Assembly (NCBI GenBank): GCA_030628945.1
Contig: DAOVPY010000002.1
Coordinates: 23,831-87,830, forward strand
Reading direction: 5' to 3'
Length of the DNA: 64,000 nucleotides
Source: Candidatus Nealsonbacteria bacterium
GTDB lineage: Bacteria > Patescibacteriota > Minisyncoccia > Minisyncoccales > DAOVPY01
Shown in pieces: positions 36,379 through 45,721 of the stretch; position 1 is the stretch's first letter, and the number at the start of each line of letters is the position of its first letter. Under the pieces are notes generated by a model. It worked only from the letters and a program-made list of their open reading frames with translations, had not been told where the DNA came from and made no database searches. Both the position numbers and the translations under genes were made by a program.

Positions 36379-36897
36379 CTAAATCCTTTTTATGCTCCTC
36401 AGAACAAAATAAGCGATTAAGCCGCCGACCAAAGCCGTTGCAAGCTGTGGCCAGCTAAACATCAATGCCGCTTTTTGGGCAATCTCTTTTTTGAGAAGCA
36501 AATCAATAACTATTGAACTCGCGCCGAATAAAAAGACAAACTTTAAAATACTCGCCAAAATTATGCCCAGCCAGTAATTTCTTTCCTTAAAATAACCGAA
36601 AACCACAATCAAAATAGTGTTGCCGAGCATAATAAAGGGAATTATCGGGGCCAATATTGGCGGCAAAAGCCCGACAGATAAAGCGATTACGCTGGGAATA
36701 ATGCCAACCAAAATCGCGTTTTGGGTTCCCAAAACTCCAACCGAGATAAAAAGCGCGGCATTAACAATAGGGCCGGTAATTGCCTGCTGGCGCAATAAAG
36801 AAGCAGCGCTTACAATGCCGACCAATACAATAAATTGGATTAAAATAAAAACTTTTTCTTTTGAAATTATTGTTGTTAGAGTTTTTTCTTGGTTCAT
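36379..36897 (-). CDS. integral membrane protein, translationally coupled to hydA (possibly ECF S-component-like)
   Basis: Start moved to MNQEKT so that its ATG overlaps the hydA TGA (ATGA). 5-6 TM helices. Confidence 0.55.
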   Translation of the reverse strand: MNQEKTLTTIISKEKVFILIQFIVLVGIVSAASLLRQQAITGPIVNAALFISVGVLGTQNAILVGIIPSVIALSVGLLPPILAPIIPFIMLGNTILIVVFGYFKERNYWLGIILASILKFVFLFGASSIVIDLLLKKEIAQKAALMFSWPQLATALVGGLIAYFVLRSIKRI

Positions 36898-38576
36898 ATA
36901 ACTTCTCTTCTCTTTGCAAAATATTTTGTGCGGCAAATAAGCCGGATTTTTTCTTTTGAAAAAAGAAAATCGCGATAAACTTTCTTTATTGCGGGATTAT
37001 GATGAGCCAGACGGATTTCTTTTTTGGCGTCAATCCTATAAAGAGCTTTTGCCCTCTCCTCTCTGATTTTACCATTCGTCGGCATTGGCTGACCACCGCC
37101 GCCGATACATCCGCCGGGACAAGCCATTATTTCCACGGCGTCGTATAATTTAGGATTTCTTTTTAAATCTTCCAAAATCTTTTTGGCATTCCCCAAACCG
37201 CTCGCCACGGCTATTTTTATCGGCCTTCCATTGATATTTATCGCGGCTTTCTTTATCCCCTCCATCCCCCGCGCCTTTTTAAACTCTATTCTCAATGGCT
37301 TGTTTTTGGCAAATTTGTCAAAAATAGTACGCAGGGCTGACTCCATAACCCCGCCGCTGGCTCCGTAAATCACTCCCCCGCCGCTTGGAATGCCCAAAGG
37401 GTCATCGGCTTTCTCTCCCAAAATTTTTTTGAGATTAATTTTGCGCTTTTTGAAAAAACAAGCTATCTCCCGGGTAGTTAAAACATAATCAACCGGTTTT
37501 AAGCCGTTTATTTCCAACTCCTTTCTTTGAATTTCATATTTTTTAGCCACGCAGGGCATAATAGAAACAACTATTATTTTTTTGGGCTCAATGTCTTGTT
37601 TTTCAGCCCAATAGGTTTTAATCAATCCGCCCAAAATGGCCTGAGGCGACCTCACCGCGGCTAAATTAGAAACAAATTCCGGATAATAGAATTCAACGAA
37701 TTTGACCCACGCGGGACAGCAGGAACTCAGACAAGGGCCGGTTTGATTTTCCAACTTCTCAAGTAATTCCCCGGATTCTTCAACAGTGGTAAAATCAGCG
37801 CCCACGCTGGTATCAAAAACTTTAGCAGCTCCTAATTTTTTGAGGCCCGCGACTAATTGCTCTGTCACTATTGAACCGTAAGGCATATTAAATTCCTCGC
37901 CAATGCTGGTTCTGATAGAAGGCGCAAATTGAAAAACAACAATTTTATTCTTGTTTTTCAACGCTCTCTCAACGTCTTTCAAATTTGACGCAGCTTCAAG
38001 GGCGCCGGTCGGACAATGAATAATACACTGGCCGCAATAAACGCAGTCCCGAGTTTGTTTTTGGGAAGGAGTTATTTTCAGAAGATGGCCCCTGCCCTTA
38101 ATTTCCAAAAAGCGCGCGCCCTGGTTTTCGCAAACCTCAACGCAATTGCGGCAGTCAATGCATTTTGAACTGTCAAAAACAACTGCGGGCCCGAATTTGC
38201 GAACCGGCTCATCGCCTTTTCTGAAAGAAAACCTGTTTATTTCTATTTTGTATTTTTTGGCTAATCTAAAAAGCTCACAATCCCCGCGGTGCCGGGCGAA
38301 AATCAATTCTAAATTAATTTTTCTGGCTTTTTTAATTTTCGCGGACTCGGTGATAATTTCCATGCCCGGTTCAATCTTTGTCGCGCAAGCCGCAAACAGC
38401 CCCTTCCTTCCCTTGATTTCCACCATACAAATTCGGCAAATAGCCTTGATATTAAGGTCCGGGTGAAAACAAAGAGCCGGAATTTCAATTCCATTTTCTT
38501 GAGCTACCTCTAATATGGTTTGCTCTTTTTGGCACTCAATCTTTTTGTTGTTAATAACGGCTCTAATTTTTTTCAT
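36894..38576 (-). CDS. hydA: [FeFe]-hydrogenase catalytic subunit
   Basis: N-terminal 2Fe-2S and 4Fe-4S cysteine motifs. H-cluster motifs SSCCPAW, MPCVAKKYE, EIMACPGGCIGGGGQP. Confidence 0.92.
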   Translation of the reverse strand: MKKIRAVINNKKIECQKEQTILEVAQENGIEIPALCFHPDLNIKAICRICMVEIKGRKGLFAACATKIEPGMEIITESAKIKKARKINLELIFARHRGDCELFRLAKKYKIEINRFSFRKGDEPVRKFGPAVVFDSSKCIDCRNCVEVCENQGARFLEIKGRGHLLKITPSQKQTRDCVYCGQCIIHCPTGALEAASNLKDVERALKNKNKIVVFQFAPSIRTSIGEEFNMPYGSIVTEQLVAGLKKLGAAKVFDTSVGADFTTVEESGELLEKLENQTGPCLSSCCPAWVKFVEFYYPEFVSNLAAVRSPQAILGGLIKTYWAEKQDIEPKKIIVVSIMPCVAKKYEIQRKELEINGLKPVDYVLTTREIACFFKKRKINLKKILGEKADDPLGIPSGGGVIYGASGGVMESALRTIFDKFAKNKPLRIEFKKARGMEGIKKAAININGRPIKIAVASGLGNAKKILEDLKRNPKLYDAVEIMACPGGCIGGGGQPMPTNGKIREERAKALYRIDAKKEIRLAHHNPAIKKVYRDFLFSKEKIRLICRTKYFAKRREVI

Positions 38577-39562
38577 TTCCCCTTTTTCATAATTTTTTCA
38601 ATTAAACTTCTGAAAGGAGGAACCAAGATTTTTCCAAAAGAGCAAAAACTGGTTTCCTCTAAAACAAAAAACAGGTCTTGTATTGTTTTTTTGTCAATGT
38701 TTTCTTTTTGCGCCATTTCAGCGATACGATAAACGCCTTCCCGGCAAGGCGTACATTTGCCGCAGCCGGATTCAAGAAAAAACTTGGCCCATTTCTTGAG
38801 CAAAAACTCGGGTTTGGTTTTTGCGCGGTTAAAAACAATAATAGCTCCCTGTCCCTTGGCTTTCTGTTTTAATTCCTTGGGAAGCAAAATCTCGCCGGAA
38901 GCGCCGCCGCCAACCTGAACAAAAAAATCAAACGCGGGTAAATTTTCAGTTTTTTCCAAAACCCTCTCAATTGGCCAATTTTCCGGCAAATCATAAACGC
39001 CTTTGTTTTTTACCTCGCCGCTGATTGAATAAAAACGAGTTCCAAGGAACTCGTTTTTAGCGATTTTAGCGACGCAATAAAATGTCTCGGCATTGTTAAT
39101 CAAAGTCGGGCAGCCAAAAAGGCCGAACTGAACGGGATATGGCGGCTTCATTCTCGGCTCTAACCTTTTTCCTTCAATCGCGTTTAGCAAAACCGTTTCT
39201 TCACCCGCCAGATAACCGCCTGTTTTTTTGAAAAGCGTAATTGGCAGATTTCGTGTAAGCGCATCTAATTTCTTTTTGAATTTTTCATAATAATCTTTGC
39301 GAAGATAGATGTAAGCCGAACTATTATCAATCGTTTTCAGGGCTATTTTTATTCCTTCCATCATTTCCTCAAGATAATTCTCTAAAATAAAACCGTCCTT
39401 GAAAACATCGGGCTCGCCTTCGGAAACATTGCAAATAATATATTTCTTTTTTGCTTTGGCTTTCCTGACCATCTCCCATTTTAGACCGGTTGGAAAACCA
39501 GACCCGCTCCTGCCCAGGAGATTGTGTTTTTTTAATTTCGCGATAATATCTTGCTTGTCCAT
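38573..39562 (-). CDS. NuoF-like flavoprotein subunit (HydB-like), short form
   Basis: GRSGSGFPTGLKWE, CNVSEGEPDVFKD, GGYLAGEETVLLNAIEG, PPYPVQFGLFGCPTLINNAETF, SGCGKCTPCREG. ATGA overlap with hydA. Confidence 0.85.
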   Translation of the reverse strand: MDKQDIIAKLKKHNLLGRSGSGFPTGLKWEMVRKAKAKKKYIICNVSEGEPDVFKDGFILENYLEEMMEGIKIALKTIDNSSAYIYLRKDYYEKFKKKLDALTRNLPITLFKKTGGYLAGEETVLLNAIEGKRLEPRMKPPYPVQFGLFGCPTLINNAETFYCVAKIAKNEFLGTRFYSISGEVKNKGVYDLPENWPIERVLEKTENLPAFDFFVQVGGGASGEILLPKELKQKAKGQGAIIVFNRAKTKPEFLLKKWAKFFLESGCGKCTPCREGVYRIAEMAQKENIDKKTIQDLFFVLEETSFCSFGKILVPPFRSLIEKIMKKGK

Positions 39563-39565
39563 AAA
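39535..39565. repeat. 31-nt direct repeat, copy A (covers the nuoF-like start codon)
   Basis: atttcgcgataatatcttgcttgtccataaa. Matches 44690-44720 at 28 of 31 positions. Confidence 0.9.
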
Positions 39566-39706
39566 TTAAAAAGGTGTTTGTTAGATAAAGTTAGAACTTT
39601 TTACGAACAAAACCTTGACGCTGATTGATTGCCAGCCTACTTGCCCCGACTTCGCCAAGATTTTTTTTTCGGCGGACGGACTACAAATCAAGGGGTGACG
39701 GGTGGG

Positions 39707-41248
39707 TCAAAAATTATTTTTAAAAATGGAATTAAAAATACTTTGATAGTCTTCCTTAAATAAGAATTTAGCATTTTTATAGTATTCTGTAAATATACTA
39801 CTCATGAAAGATTGAAACGCCCATTTCTTTTTATCGTCGTCAAAAACTTTCTTCTGCATAAAATCTGAAATCCCTGTTTTTTGTATTATTTGGATCATAT
39901 TTTCAAACTCATCAACTGAGCAAATTGAATAAGGCATTTGTTCCAAATATGACGGGTCAATCTTTTCTTGCTTTAGTTTTTCAATCAATATTTTGTTTAA
40001 TTCATTAAAAAACCGATCACCAAATAAATACCATTGCTCAAGAGTTAATACTAAAGGAAATATCTTTTTATTTTTATCAAACTTGAATGAAGGATATTTA
40101 TTGTCCTTATAATCTTTTATTGTTTTGTAGATTTGCAAAACAAAACTTGCCATTTTTTCTAATTCCTCGTTAACATAAGAGCTATCATTAAGTTCAAACT
40201 TTGCCGGCAATCTTAATCTTTTAGTTTTACATTCTACAAATAAAGCAGAATCATTATCATAAATAATCCAATCAGCACTATCTTTTCTATCTTTTCCGAC
40301 GAAGTATTGTTCCTCTGCCTGAAAATTAATTTTTTCATTAGTCGCCGTAGCTTTCTCAATAACTTCACCTGTATAATTTTGGAAAGATGTACCGAAATAG
40401 TTATCAAAATTTTTTCCATTGCAAATTTCATAATAGACACCACTGGTTATACGCCAAAATAACAAAGTCGGCAATGGACAGACTAAACGCTCTTGACCAA
40501 AATAAATCATTTTAATAATCGGGGAAGCTCTTAACGACGAAAAAGAATAAACAAATTTGTTATTAAATTCTTGTTCATTTTTTATTTTTTCTTTTAGTCC
40601 ACTGATTGAGACAGAGAAAACTTTTAAAAACTTTTCAACATTTTCCTGGTTTATTTCTTTAACTTCTACTTTGATTGGTAAATTAACAGCAGGATATTTT
40701 AAATAGGCACCTATAAACATCATTCCTACGAGATACAAATTTTTTGCTGTTAATCCAATGGATTTTTGTAAAATTTCATCTAATTTTGGCATACTAAAAA
40801 TTTTGTAATAGCGGGTTAAAAATTTACTATTTGGTCTTGCCTGCCAAGGAAATTGACGATGTGATATTCGAAATAATTCAACAAGAATATTATCTTTATT
40901 TATATAAGCACCACCAATATTATTTTCTAAATTTTTTAGTTTATTAACAGCGCCAGCAAAATAACCCGATTTTTTAAGAGTTTGATTATTAAAAGAGCTT
41001 TCTTGTCCATTGATGATTATTTCTCTTGATAAAGCTTCTAATTCCCATTCAGAACACATTCTTGTTTTCTGTATGTGATCGTTATTCAAAAACTCTAAAA
41101 TCACTTCTATTTCTTTGGATATTGGATTATTGAATTGTAAATGTTGAATGTATGACCAAATGACGAAAAAAGAATCATCAAGCGACAATTTGCTTAGATG
41201 ATTTCTTAGTGGTTTATATTCATTAAAAACAAAATCATCTTGTGTCAT
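39707..41248 (-). CDS. hypothetical protein with a PD-(D/E)xK nuclease motif (candidate second endonuclease subunit)
   Basis: 513 aa. SADWIIYDNDSALFVECKTKR fits D...ExK. The gap to the upstream gene is 13 nt. Confidence 0.5.
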   Translation of the reverse strand: MTQDDFVFNEYKPLRNHLSKLSLDDSFFVIWSYIQHLQFNNPISKEIEVILEFLNNDHIQKTRMCSEWELEALSREIIINGQESSFNNQTLKKSGYFAGAVNKLKNLENNIGGAYINKDNILVELFRISHRQFPWQARPNSKFLTRYYKIFSMPKLDEILQKSIGLTAKNLYLVGMMFIGAYLKYPAVNLPIKVEVKEINQENVEKFLKVFSVSISGLKEKIKNEQEFNNKFVYSFSSLRASPIIKMIYFGQERLVCPLPTLLFWRITSGVYYEICNGKNFDNYFGTSFQNYTGEVIEKATATNEKINFQAEEQYFVGKDRKDSADWIIYDNDSALFVECKTKRLRLPAKFELNDSSYVNEELEKMASFVLQIYKTIKDYKDNKYPSFKFDKNKKIFPLVLTLEQWYLFGDRFFNELNKILIEKLKQEKIDPSYLEQMPYSICSVDEFENMIQIIQKTGISDFMQKKVFDDDKKKWAFQSFMSSIFTEYYKNAKFLFKEDYQSIFNSIFKNNF

Positions 41249-41261
41249 TTTTTATACAATT

Positions 41262-42653
41262 TTATGACCAAAAATCCAAAAGATTTTTTATTGCTTCCTT
41301 AAATAATGCAGGGGCTTTTATTCCCAAAACAAGATCGCCGTTTTCATTAAGTAAAAAGCCGACTTTAATTTCAACGACTTTCTTTTCTGTCCCGCCGTAC
41401 AAAACAACAGTGCGGATAATTTTGTATTTTGGATAATACTTTTTAATATAAATTTTTTCTATATCACCGAAACTTTTTAATTCCTTAATTCCATTTTGGC
41501 GAAATTGATATTTTTTACCTTCAATATTTATAATTTTACTTCTACCGAAGTCAATTAAAATTAAATCTGGGATACTGATAATTTTATTTTTATTGCCAGC
41601 TTTATACGCCTTTCTGTCCGAGTATTTTTCAAGCGGAATATACTTACCATCACTCGTTATAAAATAACCCTTTTCGCAACCGGCATGATTTTCAAAAATT
41701 GAAAATCCTTTAGTAAAGTTTTCAACGACTAGATGAATAAAAATTGTGCCAAGCTTTTCGCCCTCTATTTCATATTTCCAATAAATATCCCTTTCTTTAC
41801 TTGTAGGCAAAGTCAATCCTTGAATTTGTAATTTTAAATGATTGGCAATTTTTACAAATTTATTACCAGATTGCAGATGTTTTTGTTTTAATCCGTGTTT
41901 TGTAATAACAATTTCGCCAGTCCAACCCAATTTTCGAATTGCCGCACTAATTAAACTTAACGCTCCGATATTTGGATCGTGAGCAAGCCCGCCTAATTTA
42001 TACAATCTTCCTGAAATTGTTATTTTATTATCCTTTTTCTTTATTAAAATCGGCACATTGCCTTTATGGGCGTGGTGCATTTTCTTCTTAAGGGCAACGA
42101 TTTCATCAATTGAATTAAACGGCCTAAAGATTTTTTCATCTAATTTCTTGCCAAGTATTTCTACACCAAGCATCAGCAACAATTTTGTACCGAAAATATA
42201 AGTGGCTGTCGGTATTTCCTTTTGTTCTACTTTTAGATTATAGAGCATTACTTTTTTGATTTCGGGGTAATAATTTTCAATAAAAACAAATTTTGAGGCG
42301 CGTTGATATACGCCGGTATTTCGGCTTTCTTTGTCATCGGTTTTTGTTTCTTCAATCGCGTAAAGCGGAGTATCTTTTTGCGTTGGCTGTTTCCCTTGAT
42401 AGAAAATAAGAAAATCAACAAAGCTGGAAAATCCGCTAACGGATTTTATAAAAACCCTTTCAATTTTATTACAACGAAAACCAACTACCTCGTATAAAAA
42501 AGCAAATTTTTCGCTCTCTAAAATTGGCAAAATCCTAATTGTGTCAACAAAACAAGCGAACTTATTGTCTTTCGCAAACATCATTAAAATATTTGCGATA
42601 ACTTCTCGCTTTGGTCTTTCTTCTGTTAAAATCCACAAATTTTTATTTTTCAT
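41262..42653 (-). CDS. putative type II restriction endonuclease
   Basis: 463 aa. IPDLILIDFGRSKIINIEGKK fits PD...ExK. The gap to the methyltransferase gene is 2 nt. Confidence 0.55.
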   Translation of the reverse strand: MKNKNLWILTEERPKREVIANILMMFAKDNKFACFVDTIRILPILESEKFAFLYEVVGFRCNKIERVFIKSVSGFSSFVDFLIFYQGKQPTQKDTPLYAIEETKTDDKESRNTGVYQRASKFVFIENYYPEIKKVMLYNLKVEQKEIPTATYIFGTKLLLMLGVEILGKKLDEKIFRPFNSIDEIVALKKKMHHAHKGNVPILIKKKDNKITISGRLYKLGGLAHDPNIGALSLISAAIRKLGWTGEIVITKHGLKQKHLQSGNKFVKIANHLKLQIQGLTLPTSKERDIYWKYEIEGEKLGTIFIHLVVENFTKGFSIFENHAGCEKGYFITSDGKYIPLEKYSDRKAYKAGNKNKIISIPDLILIDFGRSKIINIEGKKYQFRQNGIKELKSFGDIEKIYIKKYYPKYKIIRTVVLYGGTEKKVVEIKVGFLLNENGDLVLGIKAPALFKEAIKNLLDFWS

Positions 42654-42655
42654 AA

Positions 42656-44542
42656 TTATTTTTCTTTACGAAATATCATAATGAATTGATGAAATTGGTT
42701 GGCAACGAAAGCGTGGGGATATCCGAACGGATAAAGTTTTTGCGTTGCGTCATACCAAATTTTATAACCCTTGAAAGAAAGGTCTGGTACTTCAAGCAAC
42801 TTATCAGTAATAGAACAATGCAACATATTATGCCCGTTTCCATTCGGCTGTAAATCTTTAACGAAAATCGCAATGTATCCTTTTGGTTTTAGATATTTCG
42901 CCGACTTCGCGATAACATCTTTTAGAGATTCAAGGAAATTTTCTCTCTCCATATTTCCTAAATCGCTTTCGTGATTTGTAAAAGGGGTGGCGACAGCAAA
43001 ACCGGTTTTCTTTTTTTTCTGACCTGTCCTTTTTTTGCTCAACATTTCTCCGTATGGCGGATCAGTAAGAATAAAATCAATTTGAGTATTCTTTGGTAAA
43101 ACTTTGTCTATTTCTAAAGAATTTCCAACAATCGCTTTTTGTTCTGTAATACCAAGCTCTTTGCAAACTTTTTTATACAAGTCAATATATTTTTTAGATA
43201 GATCAACGCCAATTCCTTTTCTATCGGACAATGAACATGCAATAAGCGTTCCACCAACGCCCATGAAAGGATCAAATACTATTTGATTTTCCTTTGTAAA
43301 GAAATCAACGAATTTTTTCATCAATTGCGGAGGTTTTGGCGAAGGATGCTTGCCTCGCAAATGATGAGCAAAACCGTCAGCTCCTTTTGTTGAATAATGC
43401 GTAACTTCAACAGAATTAAGAAAGTATATCCATTCAGAGCCGCTTAAATCGTTAAGTTTATTTTTTTGATTAATCCTTTTCAAATAATAAATTTTTTCTT
43501 TTACTCCGTTTTTTTGTTTTCCGTTGCTATTACTTTTGTATCTTTGATAATTTTGCTCTGCGATTTCGGTTTTTCCTGCTTTATTGAATAACTTTAATAT
43601 TTCGTTTTCGGACATTATCCCGTCATCGTTATAACTTAAAAGCAAATGTTTAAAATTATTTTTCTTTATGATTTCGTCAAGTGCTTTTATTCCTGTTCTC
43701 GCGTTGCAAAATTCCGACTTTTGGTTTTCGTAAGTCCTCATTCCAGTAACACCTTTAATTTCCGGTTTGTCCCATTTAGCGATAGTTTCCAAAATGTGAT
43801 AGTTGGGGGCGTATTGTCGCTCATTATACGGCGGATCAAGATATAAAATATCAATACATTTTACTTGGTCTAAAACTTTTAATCCGTTGCCATAATAAAC
43901 TTTATTTGTTGTCTCGCTTTTTATGATTTCCGGCACTTCAAGCGTTAATTTTTTGAAAGCTCTTTTGTCCCATTCTTTCAAAAATGCCGAATATGTTCCG
44001 CTTATATTTGCCACAAACGGCACGGCCTCAATAAGCGAGGCGAGTAAAAAATAATATTCTTGCTCATTGATAAGATTTGATTTTTCCCATTCTTCTGTTT
44101 TTTCTCTTATTGCGTCAATTCGTTTAGAATTTTCGCCAGTAAAATATTTACGATGATGATTTTGTCCTTGCGTGCCTTCGGGAGAATAATTTTTATAAAC
44201 AAACCCTTCCACACCCTCTAAATTATTAAGGTATTTAATTATTTCTTTGGCATTTTGGCTGTCGCTTATAAAAAGCGTTTCCTCAACAGGATCAATTTTT
44301 AAGTGTTTTAATAATTTTGTAAATTTAGGATATTGATTTTGCTCAATATAAACTTTTTGCAGAACATAAGAAAAATACAAAAGGTCAGACGAGATAATTT
44401 TGTAGCCGAGTTTCTTAAAATGTTTTGCAACACTTCCGGTTCCGGCGAATAAATCGCAAAAAACATTACCCTTCAAATCCTTTCCTTTAACAAAGGTCTC
44501 TATAAAATCAAGTAAATTTTCTTTACAGCCAATAAATCGCAT
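42656..44542 (-). CDS. fused two-domain DNA methyltransferase (Dam/D12-like plus N6A/N4C-type)
   Basis: The N-terminal half has FIGCKENLLDFI, DLFAGTGSV, YLDPPYNERQY. The C-terminal half has HPSPKPPQLMKKFV, FDPFMGVGGT, ILTDPPYGE. Confidence 0.85.
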   Translation of the reverse strand: MRFIGCKENLLDFIETFVKGKDLKGNVFCDLFAGTGSVAKHFKKLGYKIISSDLLYFSYVLQKVYIEQNQYPKFTKLLKHLKIDPVEETLFISDSQNAKEIIKYLNNLEGVEGFVYKNYSPEGTQGQNHHRKYFTGENSKRIDAIREKTEEWEKSNLINEQEYYFLLASLIEAVPFVANISGTYSAFLKEWDKRAFKKLTLEVPEIIKSETTNKVYYGNGLKVLDQVKCIDILYLDPPYNERQYAPNYHILETIAKWDKPEIKGVTGMRTYENQKSEFCNARTGIKALDEIIKKNNFKHLLLSYNDDGIMSENEILKLFNKAGKTEIAEQNYQRYKSNSNGKQKNGVKEKIYYLKRINQKNKLNDLSGSEWIYFLNSVEVTHYSTKGADGFAHHLRGKHPSPKPPQLMKKFVDFFTKENQIVFDPFMGVGGTLIACSLSDRKGIGVDLSKKYIDLYKKVCKELGITEQKAIVGNSLEIDKVLPKNTQIDFILTDPPYGEMLSKKRTGQKKKKTGFAVATPFTNHESDLGNMERENFLESLKDVIAKSAKYLKPKGYIAIFVKDLQPNGNGHNMLHCSITDKLLEVPDLSFKGYKIWYDATQKLYPFGYPHAFVANQFHQFIMIFRKEK

Positions 44543-44689
44543 AGTTATTTTATAAAATCATTAACACAAACGCCCGACACTCTGGCGATTTTTTTATGTT
44601 TTTTTAATTTTCAAATTCTGACCATCGCATTAAAAACCCATCTTCCCCAATTTTATTAAATTCAAAGCAGTGATATTCCATAATTTTTT

Positions 44690-44720
44690 ATTTCGCGATA
44701 ATATCTTGCGCATCCATAAA
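44690..44720. repeat. 31-nt direct repeat, copy B (relic of the nuoF-like 5' end)
   Basis: atttcgcgataatatcttgcgcatccataaa. The minus strand encodes MDAQDIIAK then a stop, versus MDKQDIIAK at the real gene start. Confidence 0.9.
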
Positions 44721-44748
44721 ATTTACTACGAAAAAATCTTAATCTTAT

Positions 44749-45030
44749 CTATATTTTTAACCCGGAATATTCGCGCAAGGTTTTTAATGTTGCTTGGACA
44801 GATTCATTTTCAGTGTTTAACAATTTTATATTTTTAAATCTTTCAGCCAGCATAGTAATCACTTCATCAGCCCAGGACGGCGTCAAAACTTCTACTCCTG
44901 AAAAATCTATTTCAATTAATTCATCATCTCTCAAATCTTTAATCAAAGAAGATTGCATTACAAAAAATGCTTCTCTGCCGGCTGGACGAGAAATAAGCAT
45001 ACGGCCAAATTTCTTTAGTTTAATTTGCAT
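44749..45030 (-). CDS. STAS-like small protein (DUF4325-like)
   Basis: 93 aa. GREAFFVM...IEIDFSGVEVLTPSWADEVI resembles STAS/anti-anti-sigma-like folds. Assignment is from recall only. Confidence 0.5.
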   Translation of the reverse strand: MQIKLKKFGRMLISRPAGREAFFVMQSSLIKDLRDDELIEIDFSGVEVLTPSWADEVITMLAERFKNIKLLNTENESVQATLKTLREYSGLKI

Positions 45031-45034
45031 ATAT

Positions 45035-45607
45035 TTAAGATTTAATAATGGCTAAACAACCTTTAATATTTTTTGTAATCTTTTTTACTTCAAAAATTTT
45101 ATTTATGTTTATTTCTGCATTACCGCTTATAAATATTAAATCAAATTTTTTGCTCTTTACGCTATCTTTGACAAACTTTAATCCATTGCCCCTCCTTTCG
45201 GGGTATCTAGAGGAGATAGTTTGAGTAAAAGCCACATTCAAAGCGTCTTTGTGATTATTTAATGCTGGTTTAACTCTTTGCAGGGTTTTTAAAATTCCCA
45301 ATCCCCTATCTGCTAAAACTATAATACATTTATCACCTAAAATTTCATAACCAAAAAAAATTCCCATTACATCGGGCCAATTGCCTAAATTATGATCAAA
45401 AGAATTATTGCCTATTTCTCCGGCTATTGCTGAAAGCAATGCTTTACTTTGATTTAATTTTTCATTTTTGGATAACATTATCGTCATCTTTTCCAGGCGC
45501 GCCTGAAAAATGTCTCGGGTTTGGCAATAATAATTACTATCTACGTCTATTCTATCTGCTTCTAATGTTGTCCAATTATAAACTAATTTTTCTATGTTGA
45601 TGTCCAT
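45035..45607 (-). CDS. GHKL/HATPase_c-type ATP-binding protein (anti-sigma-factor-kinase-like)
   Basis: N-box-like EIGNNSFDH, G1-like LADRGLGI, G2-like RRGNGLKF. 190 aa. Confidence 0.6.
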   Translation of the reverse strand: MDINIEKLVYNWTTLEADRIDVDSNYYCQTRDIFQARLEKMTIMLSKNEKLNQSKALLSAIAGEIGNNSFDHNLGNWPDVMGIFFGYEILGDKCIIVLADRGLGILKTLQRVKPALNNHKDALNVAFTQTISSRYPERRGNGLKFVKDSVKSKKFDLIFISGNAEININKIFEVKKITKNIKGCLAIIKS

Positions 45608-45635
45608 AAAATTAAAAACATTAACAAATCGCTTG

Positions 45636-45709
45636 TGGTGGACCTGGGCAGAATCGGACTGCCATTTCTACATTGCAAATGTAGTGTTCTACCACTAAAC
45701 TACAGGCCC
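45636..45709 (-). tRNA. tRNA-Cys (GCA), CCA encoded
   Basis: Reverse complement GGGCCTGTAGTTTAGTGGTAGAACACTACATTTGCAATGTAGAAATGGCAGTCCGATTCTGCCCAGGTCCACCA. Confidence 0.9.
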
Positions 45710-45721
45710 TAAATTTTTATG

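Larger units (their letters stand above)
39566..44689. mobile_element. restriction-modification islet bounded by direct repeats
   Basis: Three visibly AT-richer minus-strand genes lie between the two repeat copies. No recombinase lies inside. Confidence 0.55.

Noticed and set aside
39566-39706. GC-rich spacer at the left end of the R-M islet as a terminal inverted repeat or ncRNA
   Set aside because: Only weak 4-bp pairings were found, with no matching sequence at the other islet end (44543-44689).
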